Part shown: positions 48,242 to 59,427 of the stretch, in pieces | Layout: each line of letters begins with the position of its first letter | How positions within the stretch are numbered: the stretch's first letter is position 1 | Assembly: GCA_020723015.1 (NCBI GenBank) | Contig: DYJR01000001.1 | Span: 1 to 60,788 of the forward strand | Source of the DNA: Arcobacter nitrofigilis | GTDB taxonomy: Bacteria > Campylobacterota > Campylobacteria > Campylobacterales > Arcobacteraceae | DNA: 60,788 nt | Direction: 5' to 3' | The notes under the pieces: generated by a model | The model's database searches: none | What the model was told of the DNA's origin: nothing | The model's input: only the letters and a program-made list of their open reading frames with translations | Made by a program: the position numbers and the translations under genes

Positions 48242-48802
48242 TCAAATTATACCATTTTTTCTTATATCATTAAGCCGATTTTTTATAAGTTTTTTGACAA
48301 AATCCTTATTTGGTACCGTAGTATCAAGGTAATCGCTTATAATTTTAAAAACATAAATATCTGATTGTTTTAAATAAGCAGATGAGATTTGAGTAAAATA
48401 AGATGCTTCCATATCGTATAATGAAACTACCGAGTGGCTAAGTAACTGAGTAACTAAGGTAGAAGAAGAGGCTGGGGTATCCAACGTAGTAATGGGTAAA
48501 TGGTGGATACCTTCAATAGTATGGGTGGTACACACTAGCTCACCTATTTTGTAAGCTGTATTATCACACCCTGCTATACCTATATTTATAGCTTTATTAA
48601 ATCTATATTTGCTATAAATATCTTCAAGTGCAATAATAGTTTTTTCTTTTCCTATACCACCAACCAAAAGTAGTATATCATCGTTTTCAAAGGTATTTTT
48701 GGAGGTTTTCGTAAGTTTTAGATATTCCGCTATACCTTGAGCTTCGCAAGGTATAGCGGTGTGGATAAGGGTTGGTTTAGATTGCAAAATACTTAGCTTC
48801 AT
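48242..48802 (-). CDS. Nucleoside phosphorylase / MTA-SAH nucleosidase-like protein
   Basis: GIGK, INIGIAG, DME, KIISD. Confidence 0.75.
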   Translation of the reverse strand: MKLSILQSKPTLIHTAIPCEAQGIAEYLKLTKTSKNTFENDDILLLVGGIGKEKTIIALEDIYSKYRFNKAINIGIAGCDNTAYKIGELVCTTHTIEGIHHLPITTLDTPASSSTLVTQLLSHSVVSLYDMEASYFTQISSAYLKQSDIYVFKIISDYLDTTVPNKDFVKKLIKNRLNDIRKNGII

Positions 48803-51800
48803 CGTGTGGTACGACTATGGCACATGTACTTTGTTCCGGTACTATTTGGAATGTTTCACTTAGTGTTATACCAAATTCTTCCGGATTAAGTAAATCAAAT
48901 ATTTCACGATTTAGTTCAAGCTCAGGACACGCCGGATACCCAGGGGAATATCTACATCCCGTGTATTGCTTCATTCTTACATCATTTATGCTTGTACCTT
49001 CGTTTTTAGCAATTCCAAGGTCAAGTCTTATTTGTTTGTGTACTATTTCAGCTAGGGCTTCAGCTAATTCTACCCCTAATCCATGCACTAAGTAATATTC
49101 ACTAAATTCACCACGGTCATATAACTCTTTTTCAAATTCACTCAAAATCTTCCCGGCACTTACACAACTAAATGCTACCACATCCATTTTATCGCTTTCA
49201 AAATAATCGACTATATTTCTATGAGGTATATACTCACTTCTTGGTAAATCAATAGTTTTGATAGCTTTGCTTCTTATCTCATCTAACGATAAAGTATTTA
49301 AATCTGAGCCGTTATGATAGATAAATTCATCATCAAAAATAAGCAAACTATCACCGTCACGTCTGCAAGGATAGTATCCATATAGTGCTATTGGGTCAAA
49401 CAACCCTTTTTCAAAAAATAGATTTTTGAGTCTATCATAAAGTGGTTTTACTACATTTTGTTCTTGAGCCAAAAACTCATCCGTAGTTTTCCCTTTTTTT
49501 CTATATCCCCATCTTTGGCGGAAAAGTACCCTATGGTTTATCCACTTGTATGCCAACTCTTCTAAATGTGGGATTTTCAGCACTCTTCTACCCCAAAAAG
49601 GTGGCACTAAAACTTTAACTTTAGGTGAAGGCATAGTTATATTATCATAGTGAGGGATTGGTGCTTTTTTTACTTTTGGGACAAACTCTTTTTTATTTTC
49701 TTCAACTATTGTTTTATCCAAATTTGTATCAAGCTCACCGCCTTTTTCTATCCTTTGCATAGATACGACACCGTCAAAAGCATCACGACAATAAAATATA
49801 TCACCGTCATACACAGGGCGACAAAAATCATCGATAAACCCTTTTGTAAGAGCAGCACCGCCGAGAAGTACAGGTACTTTTATCCCTAGCTTTTGTAACT
49901 CTTCAAGATTTTCTTTCATCACCGCCGTACTTTTTACCAATAATCCACTCATCCCTATAGCATCTGCATTATGTTCTTTAAATGCTTTTACAAACTCGCC
50001 TAAATCTGCTTTTATACCGATATTTATCACCTTAAAACCGTTGTTTGAAAGGATTATATCCACTAGGTTTTTGCCCACGTCATGAACGTCACCTTTTACC
50101 GTACCAAGTACCAAAGTAGTATTTGTATCTTTTTCTTTTTTTGGTAAATATGGCTTTAGAAAATCAACGGTAGCTTTCATAGTCTCTGCACTTTGCAATA
50201 CAAAAGGCAACTGCATAGCACCGCTTCCAAAAAGCTCACCTATTACTTTCATACCGTCTATTAGCCACTCATTTACTATAAGTTCAGCAGAGACTTCATC
50301 TTTGATAGTATCCACAAGAGGTATAAGCCTTTGTTTATCTCCGTCAATTAAAAGCTTTTTGACTTTTTCTTCGTTGCTCAAAAGCTCAAATCCATCATCT
50401 TTTGCGGTATCCACCTTTGATTTGGTAGAAAAATGGTCTATAAATTTAAATAACGGGTCACCTTCGCTTCTATTATCAAACAATAAATCTTCACAAACTT
50501 TTAAATCCTCTTCACTTATCTTAGCAATAGGCAATAAGTGGGCAACATTTACTATGGCACTTGTAAGTCCAGCTTTTACACAATGGTGTAAAAATACGCT
50601 ATTTAGATAAATCCTAGCATTTGCACTTAGTCCGAAACTGATATTAGATAGCCCCAAAGTAGTCCCGATTTCCGGGTGCATTGTACTAAATTCTCTTATA
50701 GCTTCTATAGTTTGTATAGCTGCATCTCGGTATTCATCATCACCGCTTCCTACGGTAAATACTAGCATATCAAAGACCAAATCTCTTGGGTCAATGCCGT
50801 GTTTTTGAGTAGCGAGGTTGTAAATACGCTGGGCTACTTCCACTTTTCTTTTTGCGGTTTTTGCCATACCCTCTTCATCTATCACAAGACAAACCAAACT
50901 TGCACCGAATTTCTTAGCCAAAGAACACACTTCATCAAATTTTTCTATACCGTCTTCTAAGTTTACGGAGTTGATTATAGGTTTTCCACCTATTTGTTTA
51001 AGTGCTATTTCTAATGCTTTGGTTTGCGTGCTATCCGGCATAAGTGGCAAGGGTATCTTTTGAGAATAAATAGAGATTACCTTATCCATATCTTTTGACT
51101 CATCTCGTCCTGCAAAACCTACACTCACATCAAGAATATGTGCGCCGCTTCGCACCTGAGCTTGAGCTACGCTAAGAGTCCCTTCATAATCACTATTTAA
51201 AAGTAGCTCTCTAAAAGCTTTACTTCCCGTAGCATTACTTCTCTCACCTATCAAAAGTGGTGCCGGTTCTTGCTTTAGAGTAACCACACCAAAAAGTGAA
51301 GCTAGTGATTTTTGGTGGTTACCGGTTGGTTTTTTAGGTATGGTGTTTTCTACTGCGTCACTTAGGGCTTTGATATGTTGAGGAGTAGTACCGCAACACC
51401 CACCTAGGAAACTAACGCCGTCAAGTTCTAAAAACTCTTTTTGCAATGCACTAAATTCATTTGGTCCCATAGGATAATATGTATATCCGCCTTTGTTTTG
51501 AGGAAGCCCTGCATTTGAGTGGATTGAGATAAGTCCGTGATAGTTTTGGCTTAATACCTTTAGATGTTTTGCCACTTGTTCAGGCCCTGTACCACAGTTA
51601 AATCCAAGAGATAATATATCAAAAGGCTCTAATATAGTCGTAATAGTTTGAGCATCGGTACCTATTAGCATAGAACCGCTTAGTTCTATGGTTACACTTA
51701 CCATTATCGGTAAAGGGTTAAGGGATTGGAGTTCTTTTTGGACATCGTTTATTGCGTGGATTGCTGCTTTTATTTGAAGCGGGTCTTGGCAAGTCTCAAG

Positions 51801-52286
51801 CAAAAATACATCCACACCACCGTCTATCAAACCACGAGCTACTATTTTGTACCCCTCATACATCTCATCATAAGTGATATGACCTAGGCTTGGAAGCTTA
51901 GTCCCAGGTCCTATTGAGCCTAAAACAAATCTAGGTTTAGACGGGGTTGAGTATCGGTCACATATATCTTTTACAAGTTTTGCACCAAGTTTTGATAACT
52001 CATAAGCTTTTTCACACAGTCCATACTCATCAAGTACCCAAGGTTGTGTGCCAAATGTGTTTGTTTTTATCATATCGGCATCGGCGTAAGCATAGGCATT
52101 GTGGATTTTGGAGATAATATCAGGTGCAGTAATATTTAAAAGCTCATTACACCCCTCTAAATTTTGCCCCTCATACATCCAAGCACTATCAGGAACTTTG
52201 TATGTTTGTATTTGTGTTCCCATAGCACCGTCTATGATAAGCGGTCTATGGTTTAAAATGTTTAATATTTGTTCTTTTATATTCAT
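48777..52286 (-). CDS. metH: B12-dependent methionine synthase
   Basis: DGAMGT, GGCCGT, GERSN, GDVHDVGKN, RYSPGYP; start at MNIKEQ. Confidence 0.97.
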   Translation of the reverse strand: MNIKEQILNILNHRPLIIDGAMGTQIQTYKVPDSAWMYEGQNLEGCNELLNITAPDIISKIHNAYAYADADMIKTNTFGTQPWVLDEYGLCEKAYELSKLGAKLVKDICDRYSTPSKPRFVLGSIGPGTKLPSLGHITYDEMYEGYKIVARGLIDGGVDVFLLETCQDPLQIKAAIHAINDVQKELQSLNPLPIMVSVTIELSGSMLIGTDAQTITTILEPFDILSLGFNCGTGPEQVAKHLKVLSQNYHGLISIHSNAGLPQNKGGYTYYPMGPNEFSALQKEFLELDGVSFLGGCCGTTPQHIKALSDAVENTIPKKPTGNHQKSLASLFGVVTLKQEPAPLLIGERSNATGSKAFRELLLNSDYEGTLSVAQAQVRSGAHILDVSVGFAGRDESKDMDKVISIYSQKIPLPLMPDSTQTKALEIALKQIGGKPIINSVNLEDGIEKFDEVCSLAKKFGASLVCLVIDEEGMAKTAKRKVEVAQRIYNLATQKHGIDPRDLVFDMLVFTVGSGDDEYRDAAIQTIEAIREFSTMHPEIGTTLGLSNISFGLSANARIYLNSVFLHHCVKAGLTSAIVNVAHLLPIAKISEEDLKVCEDLLFDNRSEGDPLFKFIDHFSTKSKVDTAKDDGFELLSNEEKVKKLLIDGDKQRLIPLVDTIKDEVSAELIVNEWLIDGMKVIGELFGSGAMQLPFVLQSAETMKATVDFLKPYLPKKEKDTNTTLVLGTVKGDVHDVGKNLVDIILSNNGFKVINIGIKADLGEFVKAFKEHNADAIGMSGLLVKSTAVMKENLEELQKLGIKVPVLLGGAALTKGFIDDFCRPVYDGDIFYCRDAFDGVVSMQRIEKGGELDTNLDKTIVEENKKEFVPKVKKAPIPHYDNITMPSPKVKVLVPPFWGRRVLKIPHLEELAYKWINHRVLFRQRWGYRKKGKTTDEFLAQEQNVVKPLYDRLKNLFFEKGLFDPIALYGYYPCRRDGDSLLIFDDEFIYHNGSDLNTLSLDEIRSKAIKTIDLPRSEYIPHRNIVDYFESDKMDVVAFSCVSAGKILSEFEKELYDRGEFSEYYLVHGLGVELAEALAEIVHKQIRLDLGIAKNEGTSINDVRMKQYTGCRYSPGYPACPELELNREIFDLLNPEEFGITLSETFQIVPEQSTCAIVVPHDEAKYFAI

Positions 52287-52290
52287 ATTC

Positions 52291-52581
52291 TTAAAATCTC
52301 TTTGTATAAAATTTAGAATTTTTATAATGATTAGCAACTGCTAATATATAAATCACTTCATCTACTATTATATAATAAATCGTAAAAGGAAATTTTGATG
52401 CAACACATTTATGTACTCTATCATCTATTTTGGGATAAAGAGTAGGAAAACTTTTTATCCTAAAGATAGATTTTTGGATATCACTTTTAAATTTATTCGC
52501 TAAATTGTCATTCTCATTTTTATAATATTGGTATGCTTCATCAAAATCGACTTTAGCAAATTCTGAGAATTTAATTAACAT
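52291..52581 (-). CDS. RelE/ParE-family toxin
   Basis: FSEFAKVD..EAYQYY, KFPFTIYY, ILAVANH. Confidence 0.85.
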   Translation of the reverse strand: MLIKFSEFAKVDFDEAYQYYKNENDNLANKFKSDIQKSIFRIKSFPTLYPKIDDRVHKCVASKFPFTIYYIIVDEVIYILAVANHYKNSKFYTKRF

Positions 52582-52777
52582 TAAAAAATTGTTCCTCTGT
52601 AATTGTTTCTACCAATCCGGCATCAAATAAATCTAACCGTCTTTGTACTTCTATAAACCAATTTTTTTCTATCTCAGAGTCAATGTTATTTAAACTTTGG
52701 GTTAATAAATCTGCTAAAACAACTCTTTGTTCAATAGGTAGCTCCAATGAACTTTCAATAATTTCATTTACTCCCAT
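52571..52777 (-). CDS. Addiction-module antitoxin
   Basis: LPIEQRVVLADLL..SL..IEKNWFIEVQRR; overlaps the toxin start. Confidence 0.85.
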   Translation of the reverse strand: MGVNEIIESSLELPIEQRVVLADLLTQSLNNIDSEIEKNWFIEVQRRLDLFDAGLVETITEEQFFNVN

Positions 52778-52787
52778 ACTACACTCC

Positions 52788-53342
52788 TTATACAAAATAT
52801 CTTATCGAAGCAAAACCGTCTGCTTTTGTTTGTTTGATGCTATCTACTTGTTCTTTGGCTATAATTCCGCCCAAAGCAAAAATCATAATACCTGCTACTT
52901 CATTTTTGGCTATATCCAAAACTTCAAGCCCTATTGGTTTTCCTTTGTCAGGTGTTTTAAAAACCGGTGAATAGGTCACGGCATCTGCCCCTAGAGTTTT
53001 TGCTTTTTTAATATCATCCATACTATGGCAACTTATTACGACAAAAAGCCCAGCATCTTTTGCTTTTGCTATTTCACCAAATTGTGAAGATGTAAGATGA
53101 ACACCGTTTGCTTTGTGTTTAATAGCCAAATCTATGTAAGAGTTTATCAAAATATTGTTTATATCCAACTTTTTGCATATATTTACAAAGGTTTTTATTA
53201 GTTCATCTAAGTTTGAAGAGCTTTTATCTCTAAAACAAGCATAATCAACTTTGTGTTTTCGCAATATGTCAGATAATGTATCACCAAAGGTTTGAGGATT
53301 GTCGGTATAGTATTTTGGGTCTGTTATTAGATAGCTTTTCAT
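52788..53342 (-). CDS. Thiamine-phosphate synthase family protein (ThiE/TenI)
   Basis: YLITD, GVHL, SCH, SPVF.TPDK, FALGGI. Confidence 0.85.
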   Translation of the reverse strand: MKSYLITDPKYYTDNPQTFGDTLSDILRKHKVDYACFRDKSSSNLDELIKTFVNICKKLDINNILINSYIDLAIKHKANGVHLTSSQFGEIAKAKDAGLFVVISCHSMDDIKKAKTLGADAVTYSPVFKTPDKGKPIGLEVLDIAKNEVAGIMIFALGGIIAKEQVDSIKQTKADGFASIRYFV

Positions 53343-53358
53343 AGTTTATAACCAATAA

Positions 53359-53389
53359 AAAAAGGAGAACATAGTTTGTCCTCCTTTTT
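53359..53389. terminator. Intrinsic terminator-like hairpin
   Basis: AAAAAGGAG..CTCCTTTTT. Confidence 0.65.
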
Positions 53390-53412
53390 AGTTTTTCTTA
53401 TAATATAAAACC

Positions 53413-53527
53413 GCCCTACCATATGCTCATTCTCGCTTTGCTCAAATATGAGCATCGGTTTGCGCACAAAAGTGTCCTGACGTATGCCCGTACACTAGCG
53501 TTCGCACATGGGCATCGTCTTGCGCAC
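53413..53527 (-). repeat. Two tandem ~55-nt GC-rich REP-like hairpin units
   Basis: Each reads GTGCGCAA-stem-ATGCYC..GRGCAT-A-stem-AGGRC, with compensatory changes between copies. Confidence 0.75.
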
Positions 53528-53530
53528 CAT

Positions 53531-53558
53531 AAAAACGACAAGAAATTGTCGTTTTTTT
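53531..53558 (-). terminator. Terminator of atpB
   Basis: AAAAACGACAA-GAAA-TTGTCGTTTTT at the atpB stop. Confidence 0.75.
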
Positions 53559-54240
53559 AATGGTGCTCATCTTCCATCATGATAGATCCTGCGATATATA
53601 CGTATGAAAGAATCATAAATATAAACCCTTGTAAAAATGCCATAGCAAATAACAAGAAAAATGCAGGTAAAGGTAAAATCCAAGGAGCAAGCATCAATAA
53701 TACAAGTAAGAACAAGTCATCACCTTTGATGTTACCGAAAAGCCTGAAAGAAAGAGAAACGATTCTTGAAAGGTGAGAAACTATCTCTATAGGGAACATC
53801 AACGGAGCAAGTGCAGGAACCGGTCCCATAAAATGTTTAAAATAGTTTACAAAACCGTTTTTCTTAATACCAAGATAGTTATAATACATAAATACTATCA
53901 AAGCTAATGCCAAAGTAAAGTTAATGTTACTTGTAGGAGATTCAAACATAGGGATAATACCTATTAAGTTAGAAACTACTATAACCAAACCTAAAGTTCC
54001 TATCAAAGGAAGAAATTTTCTTGAATTTTCTTCACCCATAGAATCTTTTCCTATAGATATAACTCCTGCAACATACGCTTCCATTAAGTTTTGAGCACCT
54101 GTCGGAACTAATTGCATCTTTTTAGTTGCCATTCTTGATATCATAAATACGATACCTATAACCAAAAACACGTGTGCCATAATTATAAAAGTATGATCAT
54201 GACTGATATTGCCAAGCAATAAATATACTCTATCTTGCAT
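53557..54240 (-). CDS. atpB: ATP synthase F0 subunit a
   Basis: PTSNIN, SLSFRLFGNI, LQGFIF. Confidence 0.96.
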   Translation of the reverse strand: MQDRVYLLLGNISHDHTFIIMAHVFLVIGIVFMISRMATKKMQLVPTGAQNLMEAYVAGVISIGKDSMGEENSRKFLPLIGTLGLVIVVSNLIGIIPMFESPTSNINFTLALALIVFMYYNYLGIKKNGFVNYFKHFMGPVPALAPLMFPIEIVSHLSRIVSLSFRLFGNIKGDDLFLLVLLMLAPWILPLPAFFLLFAMAFLQGFIFMILSYVYIAGSIMMEDEHH

Positions 54241-54334
54241 TTTTTTCCTTTAAATTTTCAGGTATAATCTCTTAGGATTGTTAAAGTTTACCCTATTTTT
54301 TGATTTTTGTTCGAGATTTTACAAAAACTTTACT

Positions 54335-55537
54335 TTAAAGTTCTTTAAATCTATAACCGTTTGCTTTAAGCATAGCACGAATCTCTTCTTGATGAGCTTC
54401 ACCTTTTGTTTCCAAAGAGATAGTGATATTGGCATCACCGAAATCAAGCTGAACAGAATTTCTATCGTAATCTATATAAACAATATTTGCCTGACAATCC
54501 CTAAAAATTTCCGTCAGTCTTGTCAAAGAACCCGGTTTATCAACTAGTGTTACCATAAGATTCATTTTTCTACTTGATTTTACAAGACCTTTTTCTATTA
54601 TAAGTGAAAGCATCGTTACGTCTATGTTTCCGCCGCTTAGAGGTAATGCAATTTTTGCTCCGCTTGTCACTTTTCCGTGCATAACGGCAGCAATTCCGGC
54701 AGCTCCTGCACCTTCTACTACTAGTTTTTGTTTTTCAAGCAAGAAAAGGATAGCATTTGCTATCTCTTTGTCTTCAACTTCCACTACTTCATCAATATAT
54801 TCCAAAACCAAATCAAGCATTTTCGGTGTAATATCACGCACTGCTATACCGTCTGCTATCGTCTTGACGTCTATAGAATCTATAGCCGTTTTTGCCTCAT
54901 AGGACTCTTTCATAGCCCTTGCACCGCTAGCAACTACGCCTATTACTTTAATATTAGGATTTATCGCCTTTGCGGCTATTGCAATACCGCTTATAAGTCC
55001 ACCGCCACCGATAGGGACGACAAAAGTATCAATATCTTCTATTTGTTCCAAAACTTCCAAAGCAATAGTGCCTTGCCCTGCTATTACCTCATCGTCTGCA
55101 TAAGGGTGAACAAAGGTTTTATTTAGATTTGTAGCATACTCTTTTGCATAGGCGTAAGCCTCATCATATTTACTACCCTTTAAAACTACCTCTGCACCGA
55201 GAGCTCTTACACCGCTAACTTTTGTAAGCGGTGTAGTTTCCGGCATAAAAATAGTTGCTTCTATACCGAAATGTTTTGCCGCAAATGCCACACCTTGAGC
55301 GTGATTTCCGGCACTTGAAGCTACGACACCTGCATTTTTCTGCTCGTCGTTTAATAACGCTATTTTGTTAAATGCACCTCTGAGTTTAAAACTACCCGTA
55401 AGCTGTAAATTCTCTTTTTTGATATAAATCTCTTTGTTGCATACAGCACTTAAATTTGGTGCTAATGCCAAAGGCGTTTTATGTATTATGCCGTCAAGTC
55501 TTACTCTTGCCTCTTGTATATCTTTTAATGTAACCAT
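54335..55537 (-). CDS. ilvA: Threonine ammonia-lyase
   Basis: ENLQLTGSFKLRGA, SAGNHAQG, C-terminal ACT domain. Confidence 0.95.
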   Translation of the reverse strand: MVTLKDIQEARVRLDGIIHKTPLALAPNLSAVCNKEIYIKKENLQLTGSFKLRGAFNKIALLNDEQKNAGVVASSAGNHAQGVAFAAKHFGIEATIFMPETTPLTKVSGVRALGAEVVLKGSKYDEAYAYAKEYATNLNKTFVHPYADDEVIAGQGTIALEVLEQIEDIDTFVVPIGGGGLISGIAIAAKAINPNIKVIGVVASGARAMKESYEAKTAIDSIDVKTIADGIAVRDITPKMLDLVLEYIDEVVEVEDKEIANAILFLLEKQKLVVEGAGAAGIAAVMHGKVTSGAKIALPLSGGNIDVTMLSLIIEKGLVKSSRKMNLMVTLVDKPGSLTRLTEIFRDCQANIVYIDYDRNSVQLDFGDANITISLETKGEAHQEEIRAMLKANGYRFKEL

Positions 55538-55596
55538 TTTTACTACTTTATTCTATTTTAGGGCTTATTTTATCTAAAGTAAGATTACAATACAAT

Positions 55597-55741
55597 AAAA
55601 GGGTGAGAACCGTTAAGCAAATGTGAACTGCTTCACATTTATTTGTAGGTTCGGAACTTGAGGTGATATGCATTTATGCACCACCGAGAGCATTGGGTGA
55701 AGGTAAAAGAGATGAAATTTACATTTGTGACGCTATTTTCT
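55597..55741 (+). ncRNA. ssrS: Probable 6S RNA (Campylobacterota purD-motif type); 3' boundary uncertain
   Basis: CGTTAAGC..GAAC..CTTCAC..GGTTCGGAACTT..GGTG..CACC..GGGTGAAG recalled from this family; CTTCAC/GTGAAG and GGTG/CACC pairings; TACAAT upstream. Confidence 0.6.
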
Positions 55742-56392
55742 AATTTGATAGAGTTTTATTTCAAAGATTCTATATTAAAAAAAGCGATAGAAAAAGATTT
55801 AATAAACTATGAATTTTATAATCCAAGGGATTTCACGGTAGATAAACATAAAAAAGTAGATGATTATTTATGCAGTGGTGGGGCGGGTCTTCTTATGACT
55901 CCTCAACCTCTTTTTGATACGTTAAACGAAATAAAATCAAAAAATCCTGATGCTTATATCATATTTCCTCTAGCTGCAGCCAAACCGTTTCGTCAAAATG
56001 ATGCAAAAAGACTAGCAAAGAAAAAAAATGTTGTTTTTGTTTGCGGAAGATATGAAGGTATTGATGAAAGAGTAATAGAAGAGTATGCCGATGAAGTTTT
56101 TAGTATAGGTGAATATATCTTAACAGGCGGTGAACTGGCATCTTTGGTGATGTGTGATGCTATTGCTAGAAATGTTGACGGGGTTCTTGGAAATCAAGAA
56201 TCACTAGATATGGAAAGCTATGAAAATGACCTTTTGGAAGCTCCATCTTTTACAAAACCTGAAAATTTTAATAATTTAAGTGTGCCTTCAGCTTTTTTAA
56301 AGGGAAATCATAGTAAAATTGCCAACTTAAAATTTCAGATGTCGATTTGTAAAACCAAATACTACAGACCTGATAAAGGAAAAAAACAATGA
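55712..56392 (+). CDS. trmD: tRNA (guanine-N1)-methyltransferase
   Basis: Start at MKFTFVTLF; [22 protein letters not shown]. Confidence 0.97.
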   Translation: MKFTFVTLFSNLIEFYFKDSILKKAIEKDLINYEFYNPRDFTVDKHKKVDDYLCSGGAGLLMTPQPLFDTLNEIKSKNPDAYIIFPLAAAKPFRQNDAKRLAKKKNVVFVCGRYEGIDERVIEEYADEVFSIGEYILTGGELASLVMCDAIARNVDGVLGNQESLDMESYENDLLEAPSFTKPENFNNLSVPSAFLKGNHSKIANLKFQMSICKTKYYRPDKGKKQ

Positions 56393-56745
56393 GAAACAGA
56401 TACATAGCGAGCTTTGAAGCTGCTCAACTAGCTTCTAAAGAAGTTCCTTCGTTCAAAGCCGGTGATACACTAAAACTTGGTGTTGAAATCAAAGAAGGTA
56501 ACAAAACGAGAGTTCAAGCATTCGAAGGTATAGTAATAGGAAGACACGGAACAGGTGTTGACGCTACGTTTACTATCAGAAAAATCGGAGCTAACGGTGT
56601 TGGTGTAGAGAGAATTTTCCCACTTTATAGTGATTCTTTAAAAGAAGTTACTCTTTTAAGATCAGGTAAAGTAAGAAGAGCTAAACTAAACTACTTAAAA
56701 TCAAGAACAGGTAAAGCTGCAAAAATCCAAGAGTTAAGAAAATAA
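56389..56745 (+). CDS. rplS: 50S ribosomal protein L19
   Basis: [26 protein letters not shown]. Confidence 0.98.
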   Translation: MRNRYIASFEAAQLASKEVPSFKAGDTLKLGVEIKEGNKTRVQAFEGIVIGRHGTGVDATFTIRKIGANGVGVERIFPLYSDSLKEVTLLRSGKVRRAKLNYLKSRTGKAAKIQELRK

Positions 56746-56765
56746 TTAACTCTCACGGTTTTTAT

Positions 56766-56798
56766 AAAAGGTCTGAGGCGAAAGCTTCAGACCTTTTT

Positions 56799-56800
<2 letters not shown>
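56766..56800. terminator. Bidirectional terminator between rplS and tgt
   Basis: AAAAGGTCTGAGGC-GAAA-GCTTCAGACCTTTT. Confidence 0.85.
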
Positions 56801-57920
<1,120 letters not shown>

Positions 57921-57957
57921 TTAGGTATAATATCCTTTTTTAAAATGAGGTGGTTAT

Positions 57958-59382
57958 TTGAAACAAATTTTAGTAATACTTGACGGTATTGTAGCGAAAA
58001 AACTATTAGAAAGAATGGTACAAGCAAATACGCTTGATAATCTTTACGATATAGTTTATACGGATAAATCACTTATTAAAAAAGATTACCCTGTAAATTT
58101 TAGATTTTATGAATTTGACCCTACTTCACTTTTCAAACTAGAATCCCTACTAAATAAAACATATACGACTGAAGCTTTGGTAGTCCTTGATTCCAAAGAC
58201 GATACGATTTATACTATAAAAAACTTACGACATATAAAATCAAATCTTGAAATTACCATTTATGATCCTTGGGAAATAGATTTCAACGGTGATGAACATA
58301 TATATAGATATGATAGCGGTCAAATATCTGCCAACGGATTACTTGAAAGATTACCAAATATCCCTATAGTTGCTCAAAACATAGGTCTTCGTGCCGGCGA
58401 AATAATGGAGATTAAAATACCTTTCGGAAGCTCTTTTGCCTATAGATATATCGGCAGTATAGAACAAGTAGAGTGGAAAATATTCGGTCTATATAGAAAC
58501 CAAAAAATGATTCCAATAAGACCTTCTTTGATACTCAAACCTGAAGATATAATACTTGTTATCGGTAAACCTTCGGTTTTAATGCAGGTATATAGTGCAA
58601 TATCAAAAAACGACGGTATGTTCCCTATGCCTTTTGGGCAAAATATATTTTTATTTATCGATATGTATATTCAAGAAGTTGAGGAGATTTTGACAGCCGT
58701 TAATGAAACATTGATGCTTCATAAAAGACTAAACAATAAAAAACTAATAATCAAAATTGCCCGTCCTACGACTCTTGGATTAATAAATCAAATCAAAGAT
58801 TTGTCAAAAGATTTTGACTCTGTTATCATAGAGGTAGATTATCATAATCTTGGATTTAAGAATATCATCAAACAAGATATTAAAAAATACAATATCGGTA
58901 TGATGGTACTTGCATCTACTTTGATGAAATTTAAAGAGGCTATTACAGATATATTTAGTCTAAGAATTCCGATACTAAAACTTGCAACTTCTAACTTGAG
59001 TATGGCAAAGAAAAGTGTTGTGTTTTTGAACGATACAAAAAGCTATGAGCAAATATCCCCAGTAATTATGGATGTTGCCACTCAATTAAAACTTGACATA
59101 AATGTTTTTGACTATGACCCTGTAGGGAATAGCGGAAGAGGTGAGCTATTAAAACATTTTGAAAATCTATCAAAAATTTTCTCAAAAGAAGTATGTATCA
59201 CGACAAACGGGAAAAATCCTATAAGAGAACTTAGACACTATGAAGACTCTTTACAAATTTTACCGTTAAAGAAAAATATGTTGAAAAATAGATGGCTAAA
59301 AGTTTTTTCTACCGATAGCGATATAATTGCTTATGAATTGACAAATATCAATCAGTTGCTTATACCGATAATAGAAGAATAG
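57958..59382 (+). CDS. TrkA-C domain protein (COG3400-like)
   Basis: AQNIGL..GEIME..PFGSSFAYRYIGSIEQ, FP.PFG; TTG start. Confidence 0.75.
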   Translation: MKQILVILDGIVAKKLLERMVQANTLDNLYDIVYTDKSLIKKDYPVNFRFYEFDPTSLFKLESLLNKTYTTEALVVLDSKDDTIYTIKNLRHIKSNLEITIYDPWEIDFNGDEHIYRYDSGQISANGLLERLPNIPIVAQNIGLRAGEIMEIKIPFGSSFAYRYIGSIEQVEWKIFGLYRNQKMIPIRPSLILKPEDIILVIGKPSVLMQVYSAISKNDGMFPMPFGQNIFLFIDMYIQEVEEILTAVNETLMLHKRLNNKKLIIKIARPTTLGLINQIKDLSKDFDSVIIEVDYHNLGFKNIIKQDIKKYNIGMMVLASTLMKFKEAITDIFSLRIPILKLATSNLSMAKKSVVFLNDTKSYEQISPVIMDVATQLKLDINVFDYDPVGNSGRGELLKHFENLSKIFSKEVCITTNGKNPIRELRHYEDSLQILPLKKNMLKNRWLKVFSTDSDIIAYELTNINQLLIPIIEE

Positions 59383-59427
59383 TACTGTGGTACTAAGTTC
59401 TTAGGTACCGAGATTGGAAGAGTAAGA

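Noticed and set aside
53390-53530. TPP riboswitch, attC site or group II intron remnant
   Set aside because: No CUGAGA/CCUGA TPP core, no RYYYAAC..GTTRRRY ends and no domain V; GTGCG plus a bulged A alone is not enough
53557-54240. atpB separated from the other ATP synthase genes
   Set aside because: Normal for Campylobacterota
55597-55710. SRP RNA, given ffh nearby
   Set aside because: Lacks the conserved CAGG-GNRA-AGCA helix 8 motif
55676-55711. N-terminal extension of trmD
   Set aside because: It lies within the 6S-like RNA; homologs begin MKF
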